DNA from: Chloroflexota bacterium
GTDB taxonomy: Bacteria; Chloroflexota; Anaerolineae; B4-G1; SLSP01
Reading direction: 5' to 3'
Length of the DNA stretch: 64,000 bases
Assembly (NCBI GenBank): GCA_029555965.1
Contig: JAKQHY010000109.1
Location: 862-64,861 of the forward strand
Shown here: one piece after another, positions 9,141-20,737 of the stretch
How the letters are laid out: the number at the start of each line of letters is the position of its first letter
Numbering within the stretch: the first letter of the stretch is position 1
Made by a program: the position numbers and the translations under genes
Notes under the pieces: model-generated
Database searches by the model: none
The model's input: the letters and a program-made list of their open reading frames with translations, nothing else
What the model was told of the DNA's origin: nothing

Positions 9141-11291
9141 ATGGGAATGGAGAAGCAGAATTTATCGGAACGGCGAGCGGCGCTGCTTCAGGCCGGCGCT
9201 CAGGTCAGTCGCAACATCATTTCGATTTTGGATCCTGAGGAGTTGTTGCAGAAGACAGTGGACATCATCTGTGAAGAGTTTGGGTTTTATTATGCCGGCG
9301 TCTTTCTATTGGATGAGACCGGCGAGTGGGCTGTATTACATTCCGGGCGGGGCGCGGCCGGGGCGGCGATGGTGGGCGAAGGTCACAAACTCAAGGTGGG
9401 GGGCCTTTCGATGATCGGCGCGGCCACTGGGCGTAACCAGGCGCTCATTGCCCTGGACGTAGGCGAAGAGCCGGTCCACTTCAAAAACCCCCACCTGCCG
9501 CTAACGCGCTCAGAGATGGCGTTGCCGTTGGCCGTTGGGGATACAGTGATCGGGGCGCTGACGGTGCAGAGTGTGGAAGAGGCTGCCTTCACGCGGGACG
9601 ACATTACTGCGCTGCAAGCTATGGCCGATCAGTTGGCGATCGCAATCCATAACGCGCGGCTGTATTCCCAGAACGCCCGGTTGCTCAAACAGGCTTCACG
9701 CCGCGCGCGCTTGTTGGAGGCGGCCGCGGAGGTAGGCGCGGGGGTGGCTTCTATTCTCGATTTGGACACCCTGCTGCACAAGACAGTGGACATCATTTGC
9801 AGCGCCTATGATTTTTACTATGCCGGTGTGTTCCTATTGGATGAAACCAGTGAGTGGGCCGTCCTACGCGCCGGGCACGGTGAGGCCGGCGCGAATATGG
9901 TGGCGTTGGGGCATAAACTCCAGGTGGGTGGGCTTTCGATGATCGGCACCGCCATCGCCGAGCGCAAGGCGCGTATCGCGCTGGACGTTGGCGAAGAGGC
10001 CGTACACTTCAAGAACCCACATCTGCCGCTGACCCGTTCGGAGATGGCGTTGCCGTTGGTCGTGGCCGAGGGTGAAAATCATGCGCGCGTCATCGGCGCG
10101 GTGACGGTGCAGAGCGTGGAAGAGGCCGCGTTCAGTCACGAGGATATCAGTTCTTTGCAGGCCATGGCCGATCAACTGGCGATTGCTCTGCACAACGCGC
10201 ATTTGCTCCACGAGTTGGAAATTGCCCACGCGGAATTGGTGCGCACCAAGACGTATGAGGCGGTGGCGACGGCGACCACAGAAGCGATCCACTGGATTGG
10301 CAACAAAGCGCTGCCCATCACGGTCAGTGTGCAGCGATTGCGCGATGATCTGAGTGATTTGTCGGATGTGGCGCCGGAGGTGATAGAGTCCCTGTTGGAG
10401 GACCTGACGCTCATTGATGACAGCGCGAAGCTGATCTTTGCGGTCAAGGAGCATCTCATTGGCCCGGCGCGCGAGTATATGCCGGCGCCCGCTATGATTG
10501 AGGATGTGGTTAGGGACGTGGTGACCCAGATGGCGCTGCCGGCGGAGTTGGTCAGCTACAAAATCGCTCCCAACTTGCCACTAGCCATCGCCGACACCAC
10601 CCAGTTGAATCGCGCGCTGACCTACGTGTTGCAAAATGCCGTGGAGGCGATGCAGAAGGCGCCGGCTCCCCACATTCAGGTGACGTTGGCGCCGGCTGAG
10701 GAAAAGGGCGCCCTTTACGTGAGTGTGCGGGTAGCCGATGTCGGGCCGGGCATCTCCGCCAGTGAGATGGATAAGATGTGGGCGGCGTTTTACACCACAA
10801 AAGGCGCCAAACACGCGGGCCTGGGGCTTTCGGCCTGCCTGCAAATCATGAAGCAGATTGATGGTAAAATCGTGGCGGCCAATCGTCCAGAAGGCGGCGC
10901 CGAATTCACGCTCTTCATTCCTGCGGATTTGGGGACGCAGAAGCCGGCGGAACTGCCGGCGGGGCGCTCCCTATTGTTAGTGGATGACGACGATGTGTGG
11001 AGCCGCTTCGTTGAGGAGCTGCTCACCAATGCCGGCAACTCTGTCAGCCGGGCGCCGGATGGGGAGGCGCCCCTCAGTGATTTCGACTTGATCCTGGTGG
11101 ACTATACGCTCTCTGGGGGAAGCTGCACGAAGGTATTGGCGAAAATTGCTAAGGCTGGCATGGCCGACCGCACCTTGGTGGTATCCTCCAACTTGCGAGT
11201 GGAACAGACCATGGAACTGATGCGGTTTGGCGTCCGCGACGTGATCGTGAAGCCCTATACCCATGCGGCATTGGCGGCCAAACTCGGCTAG
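9141..11291 (+). CDS. Hybrid sensor kinase GAF-GAF-HisKA-like-HATPase-REC
   Basis: Two GAFs nearly identical to those of 5897-8386; EAIHWIGNK; YVLQNA; DVGPGI; FYTTK; AGLGL; C-terminal REC (LLVDDD, LILVD, VIVKP). Confidence 0.9.
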   Translation: MGMEKQNLSERRAALLQAGAQVSRNIISILDPEELLQKTVDIICEEFGFYYAGVFLLDETGEWAVLHSGRGAAGAAMVGEGHKLKVGGLSMIGAATGRNQALIALDVGEEPVHFKNPHLPLTRSEMALPLAVGDTVIGALTVQSVEEAAFTRDDITALQAMADQLAIAIHNARLYSQNARLLKQASRRARLLEAAAEVGAGVASILDLDTLLHKTVDIICSAYDFYYAGVFLLDETSEWAVLRAGHGEAGANMVALGHKLQVGGLSMIGTAIAERKARIALDVGEEAVHFKNPHLPLTRSEMALPLVVAEGENHARVIGAVTVQSVEEAAFSHEDISSLQAMADQLAIALHNAHLLHELEIAHAELVRTKTYEAVATATTEAIHWIGNKALPITVSVQRLRDDLSDLSDVAPEVIESLLEDLTLIDDSAKLIFAVKEHLIGPAREYMPAPAMIEDVVRDVVTQMALPAELVSYKIAPNLPLAIADTTQLNRALTYVLQNAVEAMQKAPAPHIQVTLAPAEEKGALYVSVRVADVGPGISASEMDKMWAAFYTTKGAKHAGLGLSACLQIMKQIDGKIVAANRPEGGAEFTLFIPADLGTQKPAELPAGRSLLLVDDDDVWSRFVEELLTNAGNSVSRAPDGEAPLSDFDLILVDYTLSGGSCTKVLAKIAKAGMADRTLVVSSNLRVEQTMELMRFGVRDVIVKPYTHAALAAKLG

Positions 11292-11314
11292 TGATGGCGG
11301 CTGATTTCAGGCAT

Positions 11315-11341
11315 CGCGGCCGACACATCGTGTCGGCCGCG
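11315..11341. terminator. Hairpin between convergent genes (probable bidirectional terminator)
   Basis: CGCGGCCGACAC-ATC-GTGTCGGCCGCG, perfect 12-bp stem. Confidence 0.65.
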
Positions 11342-11345
11342 TTTA

Positions 11346-12473
11346 TTAGGGGATGGGGGGAGGCAGGTACGCGGCATCAAAGGTTGCTATTGCGCCCTCA
11401 AATGCTGCGAGCCATTCGCGGAAGGCGTGGCGCAGGGTGTCCCGCTCTGCTTCTGGGATGAAAGCGGCCTCGACTGAATGGCGCAGCATCCGGTAAATGA
11501 AATGCGGCGCCAGTCCAATCTCATCCGTCGCCACGACGTATTCCTGGCTCAACGTTGTTGCGCTGATACTGGGATCATCCGTGTTCAGGGTGACGTACAT
11601 TCCCAATTTGAACAAATCGTACAGGGGATGTTGGCTCAAGCCGCGCACGATACCGGTGTGCAAATTGCTGGTGGGGCAAACCTCAAGGGTGATGTGGCGC
11701 TCGCGCAACATCTGTATGGTGTCGGAATTTTCAATGGCCCGGACGCCATGTCCAATGCGCTGCGCGCCCAAATTCAATACGGCGGTGCGGATGCTGTTGT
11801 CGCTGTCGGCGTTGATCGCTTCGCCCGCATGAACCGTGATGTTGAGTCCGGCTTGTTTGGCGCGACGGAAAATCGGCTCAAAGCGGCCGGCCGGATGCAT
11901 GGCTTCGTCGCCGGCCAGGTCAATGCCCCGCACCAACAAGCCCAAATGTGCCAGGGCGAGGTCGGTAATCTCTTCCGCAGTACGAAGCTGTTCATTGCGT
12001 CCGATCTGGAAAATGAGGCAGGTGCGCGTGTTGCTGGTCTCTTGCGCCTGCGTCACCGCTTCAATGACCCAATCCACAACATCGTGCAGCCGAAAGTGAT
12101 GGACGCGCGAGAGCGCCACCGGGTTGAAGCGCAACTCCAGGTAACGGATGTTATCGGCGGCAGCGTCCAAGACGGCCTCTTGGGCAATGCGTTTTACGGC
12201 TTCTTTGGAGGTATAGAAGCGGCGCAGGATTTGGAATTTTTGTAAAAAGGTGTCCAGGCGGTGAGGCCCGTCGGTCATCTGAACGTAGGGGCGCAGGCCT
12301 TCCATATCGTGGGAAGGAAGATCAAGGCCGTGCTCCTGTGCAATTTCGAGCAATGTTGCCAGACGCAGGGAGCCTTCCAGATGGCGGTGCAGGTCAATCT
12401 TGGGGAGAGCCTGCGCCCATTCTTTCCGCGTTTGCGGCGCTGTGTCCAGGCTGTTTTCTTGGCGTGGGGTCAT
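11346..12473 (-). CDS. add: Adenosine deaminase family amidohydrolase
   Basis: LPKIDLHRHLEGS, YLELRFNP, GIDLAGDE, TVHAGE, RIGHG, LEVCPTSN, LNTDDP: metal and catalytic residues intact. Probable start ATG at 12473. Confidence 0.92.
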   Translation of the reverse strand: MTPRQENSLDTAPQTRKEWAQALPKIDLHRHLEGSLRLATLLEIAQEHGLDLPSHDMEGLRPYVQMTDGPHRLDTFLQKFQILRRFYTSKEAVKRIAQEAVLDAAADNIRYLELRFNPVALSRVHHFRLHDVVDWVIEAVTQAQETSNTRTCLIFQIGRNEQLRTAEEITDLALAHLGLLVRGIDLAGDEAMHPAGRFEPIFRRAKQAGLNITVHAGEAINADSDNSIRTAVLNLGAQRIGHGVRAIENSDTIQMLRERHITLEVCPTSNLHTGIVRGLSQHPLYDLFKLGMYVTLNTDDPSISATTLSQEYVVATDEIGLAPHFIYRMLRHSVEAAFIPEAERDTLRHAFREWLAAFEGAIATFDAAYLPPPIP

Positions 12474-12519
12474 GACTTGGGTGATTTCTATGGGAAAAGT
12501 TCCAAAGCGCGGTCTGCGA

Positions 12520-12855
12520 TTAACGTTCCCGCAGCAACCAACCCCAGTAAATCGCCGCAACGCTCAGGTTCAAGCTCACGCCCAGGGTCAGCGGGAGGTA
12601 AAATAATGTCAAGAGGAGCGCGGGGGTGAGTTTTATAACGGGAGGAGAAACAAGTGCGACACTGCACATCAGCAGGTAACTCAACGTCGCGGTCAGAATG
12701 AGCAGCATCCCTACGTCAAACCATTTGTAATGGGGCGGCATACGGGTGACCTCTCCCATCCGCCGGCTCAGGACACGCAACAGCCAGTTCAAGTAGAGCA
12801 TCGCCAGGAATAGGCCGGCGCCGAGGTGTGAGGTCAGAACTTCAGCGGCGTTCAT
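12520..12855 (-). CDS. Small membrane protein with about 3 TM helices (KaiC-associated pair, member 2)
   Basis: Three hydrophobic segments; LSRRMGEVTRMPPHYKWF loop; ends YWGWL; overlaps the upstream gene by 14 nt. Confidence 0.8.
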   Translation of the reverse strand: MNAAEVLTSHLGAGLFLAMLYLNWLLRVLSRRMGEVTRMPPHYKWFDVGMLLILTATLSYLLMCSVALVSPPVIKLTPALLLTLFYLPLTLGVSLNLSVAAIYWGWLLRER

Positions 12856-13171
12856 TCGTTTTTCCTCCCATCATCTTTTCATGCAAGGCGTTGCTTAATC
12901 CAATAAGCCATAATCCGCTGATGAACATCAGGCTGTTGGCCAGCGGGTCGCCCACGAAATCCGGCCAACGGTCCGCTACTAGAAACACGCGCCACAAGTA
13001 GCGCAGCGCGCTGATGCCTGTCAAACTGATGGGGATGAGATAGAGTTGATAGTAGGTCCTTTGACCAGAGGTATGCTCGAAGAAGCGCGCAATGCTCATG
13101 ACAATAATCTGCAATAAGACTATCCCGACCCAAATTGCAATACTAAAAATTAGGTTAGTAATTGGCTGCAT
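12842..13171 (-). CDS. Small membrane protein with about 3 TM helices (KaiC-associated pair, member 1)
   Basis: Three hydrophobic segments; IARFFEHTSGQRTYYQLY loop; starts 3 nt after the KaiC-like stop. Confidence 0.8.
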   Translation of the reverse strand: MQPITNLIFSIAIWVGIVLLQIIVMSIARFFEHTSGQRTYYQLYLIPISLTGISALRYLWRVFLVADRWPDFVGDPLANSLMFISGLWLIGLSNALHEKMMGGKTNERR

Positions 13172-13174
13172 AAT

Positions 13175-14020
13175 TCATTTCCTCACAAAAGCCTTGATGA
13201 AGGATGCCGCCATTCGCTTAGGGGTCCCGCTCATCAGACCCTCCTGTCCCTCAAAGGGCGCCATCACCACCAGGCCGCGTGCATCAATCTCGAACTGTCG
13301 GATGGCGCTGTCGTGGGCGCTCCCGCGCATTTTCAGCACAATGATCGCGCGCCGGACCGCGCTCATGATTTCGACATAGCGCAGCATCGTGTATGAATCC
13401 ACAATAAAATGAATACCGGCCCCGCCGGAGAAGCCTTCCTCGTCTCCAAATAAGAAGGTCGTCTCACGGGTCAACAGGGTGGTCATTCCTTGACGTTTCA
13501 GCGCGTTCAGGAAGCTATAGAGGCGGTCACGTTCCACGAACTTTTCCGAAGCACCGGGCGCCGGGGTTCCCCGCGCCATCAGACTCACCTTGCTCTTAGG
13601 CGCCGCATTGGGGGAATGGGCCATCGCGGACTCATAGTGGGTGACACTGTCAATCAAAATTCGTTTGGCGTCCATCTGGGCGATGGTGTGTTCCAGGACG
13701 CCATTCGCGTGTTCCAGGTCTATTTGGGTAACCTCGGGGCTGGTGATGATGACCTTGAGCAATCCCTCTTGTTCTAAACGACGAAAATCCCACCCGAAGG
13801 CGGCGGCCATCTGGTAGTAGGTTTCCGGCAACGCCTCAAAGGTGAGAATGATGCCCGGTTCGCCCTGTTGGGCGCCGTGATAGATGAATTGCATCCCCAG
13901 AGTGCTTTTGCCGCAACCAGGCGGCCCCTCAATCAGATTTGTGGTATTGGGGAGATACCCGCCGCCCAACATGGTGTCAAATCCGGTGATGCCTGTTTGT
14001 ATCCTGGTATCGTATGACAT
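13175..14020 (-). CDS. Single-domain KaiC-like (RecA-superfamily) ATPase
   Basis: TGITGFDTMLGGG, Walker A GPPGCGKST, Walker B ILIDS, IIVLKMRGSAHD. Confidence 0.92.
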   Translation of the reverse strand: MSYDTRIQTGITGFDTMLGGGYLPNTTNLIEGPPGCGKSTLGMQFIYHGAQQGEPGIILTFEALPETYYQMAAAFGWDFRRLEQEGLLKVIITSPEVTQIDLEHANGVLEHTIAQMDAKRILIDSVTHYESAMAHSPNAAPKSKVSLMARGTPAPGASEKFVERDRLYSFLNALKRQGMTTLLTRETTFLFGDEEGFSGGAGIHFIVDSYTMLRYVEIMSAVRRAIIVLKMRGSAHDSAIRQFEIDARGLVVMAPFEGQEGLMSGTPKRMAASFIKAFVRK

Positions 14021-14031
14021 CGGTGGCGTCC

Positions 14032-14397
14032 TTACTTCCGTATCAGGTGATAGACTGCTTTGCGGCGAAATTCACGATCGTTTGTAGCTTCGGTGAATTT
14101 CTGTACTTTGTCCTGTAGCTCGGCGTTGGGTTTCAAGACATAGGCCAGCATATTGCCGACCACGACTTCGTCCAGCAGTCCGTGGGCTTTGAGAAAGGAC
14201 AAAGCGTCTTGCACATCTTCTTTATCCCGACCAAGATAACGGGCGATCCCCTCGGCGGTGTCAAAAGTGTTGGGGTTCTGGTGAAAGAATAGCAGCAATT
14301 CCCACTTGATGAAAGAATCCACATAAGTGGTCAAGAAATCCAACAGATCTGGATCCAAATCCTGGGGTACGCGGGTATTCAAGGTATGCATTTTCAT
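14032..14397 (-). CDS. Small winged-helix-like protein
   Basis: VDSFIKWELLLFFHQNP...TAEGIARYLGRDKEDVQDALSFLKAHGLL pattern resembles a wHTH; lies 11 nt before the KaiC-like gene. Start uncertain (14391, 14397 or 14439). Confidence 0.7.
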   Translation of the reverse strand: MKMHTLNTRVPQDLDPDLLDFLTTYVDSFIKWELLLFFHQNPNTFDTAEGIARYLGRDKEDVQDALSFLKAHGLLDEVVVGNMLAYVLKPNAELQDKVQKFTEATNDREFRRKAVYHLIRK

Positions 14398-14445
14398 CGT
14401 TCTTCTCGACTGGTCATAAATGACGTGAGTTCCGCGCAAAGTTTG

Positions 14446-17631
<3,186 letters not shown>

Positions 17632-17859
17632 CCAGGTCTCCTGAGTTGATAATTAGAACGTGACGTGTTGTGGTGGGCCATTGAAAATCCCGCCGGTCAG
17701 TCTGGCCGGCCCACTATGCCAGTTTTATCCATTCTGTAGCTGTCATTATATCATACCCAGGCGACTGGACAATGGTTTTGCGTTGGACGTGGTCATTTCT
17801 TTGCCGGGTGGGATGCTCGCGGCGGTGGTTGTTTTAAAGACATTCTATGGGGGATTTGA

Positions 17860-17970
17860 TGAAAATAGCCCTTCATGGCCTGACCCCCCGGTGAGGGGGA
17901 ATCCGGGGGGTCAGCAGCCAAGGAAAGGAGGAGAGGTGTAATGGGTTTGGTCCCATCAAAACCTCATTGT
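17860..17970 (-). ncRNA. Candidate small RNA or structured leader with anti-Shine-Dalgarno (CCUCUCCUCCUUU) motifs
   Basis: Minus strand: short hairpin ATGGG-ACCAAA-CCCAT, unpaired ACACCTCTCCTCCTTT, then stem CTGACCCCCCGG/CCGGGGGGTCAG with loop ATTCCCCCTCA. TATGAT lies just upstream (17976-17981). Confidence 0.4.
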
Positions 17971-18185
17971 TCTCCATCATAGCCGCGTTCCAAGCCAGGG
18001 AATAGTGATGGATAGCTATAGATTGCATGACGTAAATCCTTTGGGTGGGTCAGGCGTGATGCGCGATGGCCATGGACAGGATAGTTTTTCCAAAGTTGGG
18101 TTTTGTGCTACACTACCCATAGAGTATTCCCAATTTTGTAAAAAGGGTTACTGACCCTGGGGACAGCCCCACTAATGAAAGTTTT

Positions 18186-18252
18186 CGCCACGGAGACACG
18201 GAGACTTAGCGATTTTATGGAATTTTCTCCGTGTCCTCTGTGTCTCTGTGGT
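18186..18252. repeat. 9-nt periodic palindromic repeat (CACGGAGA.../...CTCTGTGT)
   Basis: gccacggagacacggaga ... tctccgtgtcctctgtgtctctgtgg inverted arms. Confidence 0.7.
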
Positions 18253-18276
18253 TATTTTATACAAGGAGAGAGACAA

Positions 18277-18708
18277 ATGAACGAAACATTGAACCCGCAA
18301 ACCGCCACTGAAGAGATGCCGGAGCAGCCGGAAGTAACTCAAGCCGCGCATGATGTGACCGCGCAGACCGTTTCCATCGAGCAAGGAGGGGCAGAAAACG
18401 TCAAAGCTGATCAGGTTTTTGTCGAGCAAGGCGGTATTGGACAAGTCGAAGCGCAATTTGTGGATGTGAAGCAAGGCGGGATCGCGCTGGCGATGGGCAC
18501 AAACATCACCCTGACGGATGGGGCCGCGGTAGCAGTGGTGGCGGAGAACGTTAAGATGACCGACACGCTAGTTTTCCTGGTCGCTGCTGAAAAAATCGAA
18601 GGGGAAGATACCACCATCCTCTTTGATCTGCGCGCCGCGGTCGTCCTGGGTGTCATTTTGGGCGTTGTGGCTACCTTCTTGGGGCGGATTTTTGCCCGCC
18701 ACGACTAG
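18277..18708 (+). CDS. Hypothetical protein with 15-aa QGG repeats and a C-terminal TM anchor
   Basis: ATG at 18277 follows AAGGAG; SIEQGG / FVEQGG / DVKQGG at 15-aa spacing; hydrophobic AAVVLGVILGVVATFLG tail. Confidence 0.75.
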   Translation: MNETLNPQTATEEMPEQPEVTQAAHDVTAQTVSIEQGGAENVKADQVFVEQGGIGQVEAQFVDVKQGGIALAMGTNITLTDGAAVAVVAENVKMTDTLVFLVAAEKIEGEDTTILFDLRAAVVLGVILGVVATFLGRIFARHD

Positions 18709-18769
18709 GGGGAAGTGAACTCGGATCGCCTTTCACGTCCCACCTATCTGGAATTTTTGAGACAGCGTT

Positions 18770-20644
18770 ATGTCATTTCCCGAACGCATCGGCAAGTACG
18801 AAATCCTCGCCGAAATTGGCTATGGTGGCTTTGCGGCGGTCTATAAGGCGCATGATTCGGCTACCGGGCGCATTGTCGCCCTCAAGGTTATGCACACCTA
18901 CTGGCAGACCGATGCGGCCTTCGTCCGCCGCTTCCGCCGCGAAGGCTTTGAAATGTCACGCCTGCACCATCCGAATATCGTGACGGTTTATGAATCGGGA
19001 GAATGGGAGCAGTACCTGTATATCGCTATGGAATACCTGGCGGGGCGCACTTTAAATGACGTGTTGAAATCGGAGATAACCCTTTCTCTGGAACGGACCG
19101 TCAGTATTCTGGAACCGATTGCCTCCGCATTGGATTACGCTCACCGGCAAGGTGTCATTCACCGGGACATCAAACCGGCAAATGTACTCCTGGATGAGTC
19201 TGGCGGTCGCTTACAGGTGACGCTGTTGGACTTTGGGTTGGTAAAGGCGTTGGCGGGCAGCTCCGCGTTGACTTCTCAGGGGATGTTGGTCGGTTCCCCG
19301 GAGTATATGGCCCCGGAACAGGCAAATTTGGAGTTGCGGCGCGATGTTGGCTCGGCCGCAGATCGTTATTCGTTGGGAGTGCTGGCGTACCGCATGTTGA
19401 CGGGGCGCGTGCCGTTCCCCGGCAATACCCCGGCCACACTCAACGCTCACGAACACAAGCCGGTGCCCCCCCCCCAAGAATTTCGTCCTGATTTGCCCGA
19501 TGAAGTCGCCGATACCCTGCTTAAAATGCTGGCGAAGAACCCTGGTGAGCGATTTCCGACGGCGGGGGCCTTTGTCGCACAACTGCGGGTGGCGGCAGAT
19601 ACGCAGGTCAACGTGCAAGAGCGTGACACGCAGTTGACGGCTCTGTATGGACAGTTAGATGTTGCCGCCCGCGAGCACCGGTGGCGCGAGGTGCTGGGGC
19701 TGGCCGGCGAGATTCAGACGCTTGATCGCCATTACCGTGACGTGCAGTCGCGCCTCGCGGCGGCGCAGCAGGCGCTGGGCGTGCAATCGGCGTCCGCCCG
19801 GCGACGCACGCGTTGGTGGCGCGGTCTGGGTATCGTCGGCGCGTCATTGGCGCTGGTGGCCTTATTCTGGAGCTGGCGGAGGCTCGCTTTTCCGGCGACG
19901 CTGCCGCACAATGCGAAAGTCGGACAAACCTGGACGCGCCCTACCGATGGTATGACCCTCGTATACGTTCCCCCCGGCATGTTCTTGATGGGCGCCGCGG
20001 ACGGCGATCCCGACGAGCAGCCGGTTCATTCGGTGACGCTTGCCGGATTCTGGTTGGATCGTACGGAAGTGAGTGAGGCGCAGTACGCGCAGTGTGTGTC
20101 CACCGGGGCATGTCGGGCGCTGGCGGCGTCGGCAACCGGTCCGAATTATCCGGCGGTGGGTGTTTCATGGGAGGACGCGACTGCCTACTGCGCCTGGGCC
20201 GGCGCCCGCCTGCCGACCGAAGCTGAATGGGAATATGCCTATCGCGGTGTGGAAACCCGGATTTATACCTGGGGCAACACCTTCGATCCAGTTCGCGTCA
20301 ATTTTTGCGACATGCATTGCTCTGAAATGTGGTCGGCGCCTGACCAGGATGATGGATATGCTGAGGGGGCGCCTGTGGAGAGCTACGTGGCCGGGGCGAG
20401 CTGGTGCGGGGCGCGCAATCTGGCCGGCAATGCCTGGGAGTGGGTGGGGGACTGGTATCACGCAGAGGCTTATGCGACTGCGGCCTCGCAAAATCCCACC
20501 GGCCCGGCAAGCGGCACTTTGCGGGTGCTGCGCGGCGGCTCTTGGAGCAGTCCCTCCTACAATGTGCGTGGCAGTTATCGTTTCTCCGGGGATCCAACTC
20601 AAAGCGATCCTACCTGGGGATTCCGTTGCGCGCAGTCACGCTAA
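18770..20644 (+). CDS. Hanks-type Ser/Thr kinase, TM helix, and FGE-sulfatase (SUMF1-like) domain
   Basis: IGYGGFAAVY, VALK, HRDIKPAN, DFG, YMAPE; TM GLGIVGASLALVALF; RLPTEAEWEYA, NLAGNAWEW, RGGSW, GFRC. Confidence 0.93.
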   Translation: MSFPERIGKYEILAEIGYGGFAAVYKAHDSATGRIVALKVMHTYWQTDAAFVRRFRREGFEMSRLHHPNIVTVYESGEWEQYLYIAMEYLAGRTLNDVLKSEITLSLERTVSILEPIASALDYAHRQGVIHRDIKPANVLLDESGGRLQVTLLDFGLVKALAGSSALTSQGMLVGSPEYMAPEQANLELRRDVGSAADRYSLGVLAYRMLTGRVPFPGNTPATLNAHEHKPVPPPQEFRPDLPDEVADTLLKMLAKNPGERFPTAGAFVAQLRVAADTQVNVQERDTQLTALYGQLDVAAREHRWREVLGLAGEIQTLDRHYRDVQSRLAAAQQALGVQSASARRRTRWWRGLGIVGASLALVALFWSWRRLAFPATLPHNAKVGQTWTRPTDGMTLVYVPPGMFLMGAADGDPDEQPVHSVTLAGFWLDRTEVSEAQYAQCVSTGACRALAASATGPNYPAVGVSWEDATAYCAWAGARLPTEAEWEYAYRGVETRIYTWGNTFDPVRVNFCDMHCSEMWSAPDQDDGYAEGAPVESYVAGASWCGARNLAGNAWEWVGDWYHAEAYATAASQNPTGPASGTLRVLRGGSWSSPSYNVRGSYRFSGDPTQSDPTWGFRCAQSR

Positions 20645-20683
20645 AGATTCTGCATTTAATCAACCACCTTCTTTCGACAAACA

Positions 20684-20717
20684 AACGGGCGAGACTGTTC
20701 GTACAGTCTCGCCCGTT
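20684..20717. terminator. Hairpin between the convergent kinase gene and rplT
   Basis: AACGGGCGAGACTGT-TCGT-ACAGTCTCGCCCGTT, perfect 15-bp stem. Confidence 0.75.
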
Positions 20718-20737
20718 GCGTTGCACTCAGAAAACAC

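Noticed and set aside
11346-14020. RADAR-type (ATPase plus adenosine deaminase) anti-phage system
   Set aside because: The ATPase is a small RecA-fold KaiC-like protein, not a large RdrA-type ATPase; the deaminase is standard length; the context is next to secA rather than a defence island.
13175-14020. Circadian clock kaiC
   Set aside because: Single domain, no S/T phosphosites at the expected position, and no kaiA or kaiB nearby.
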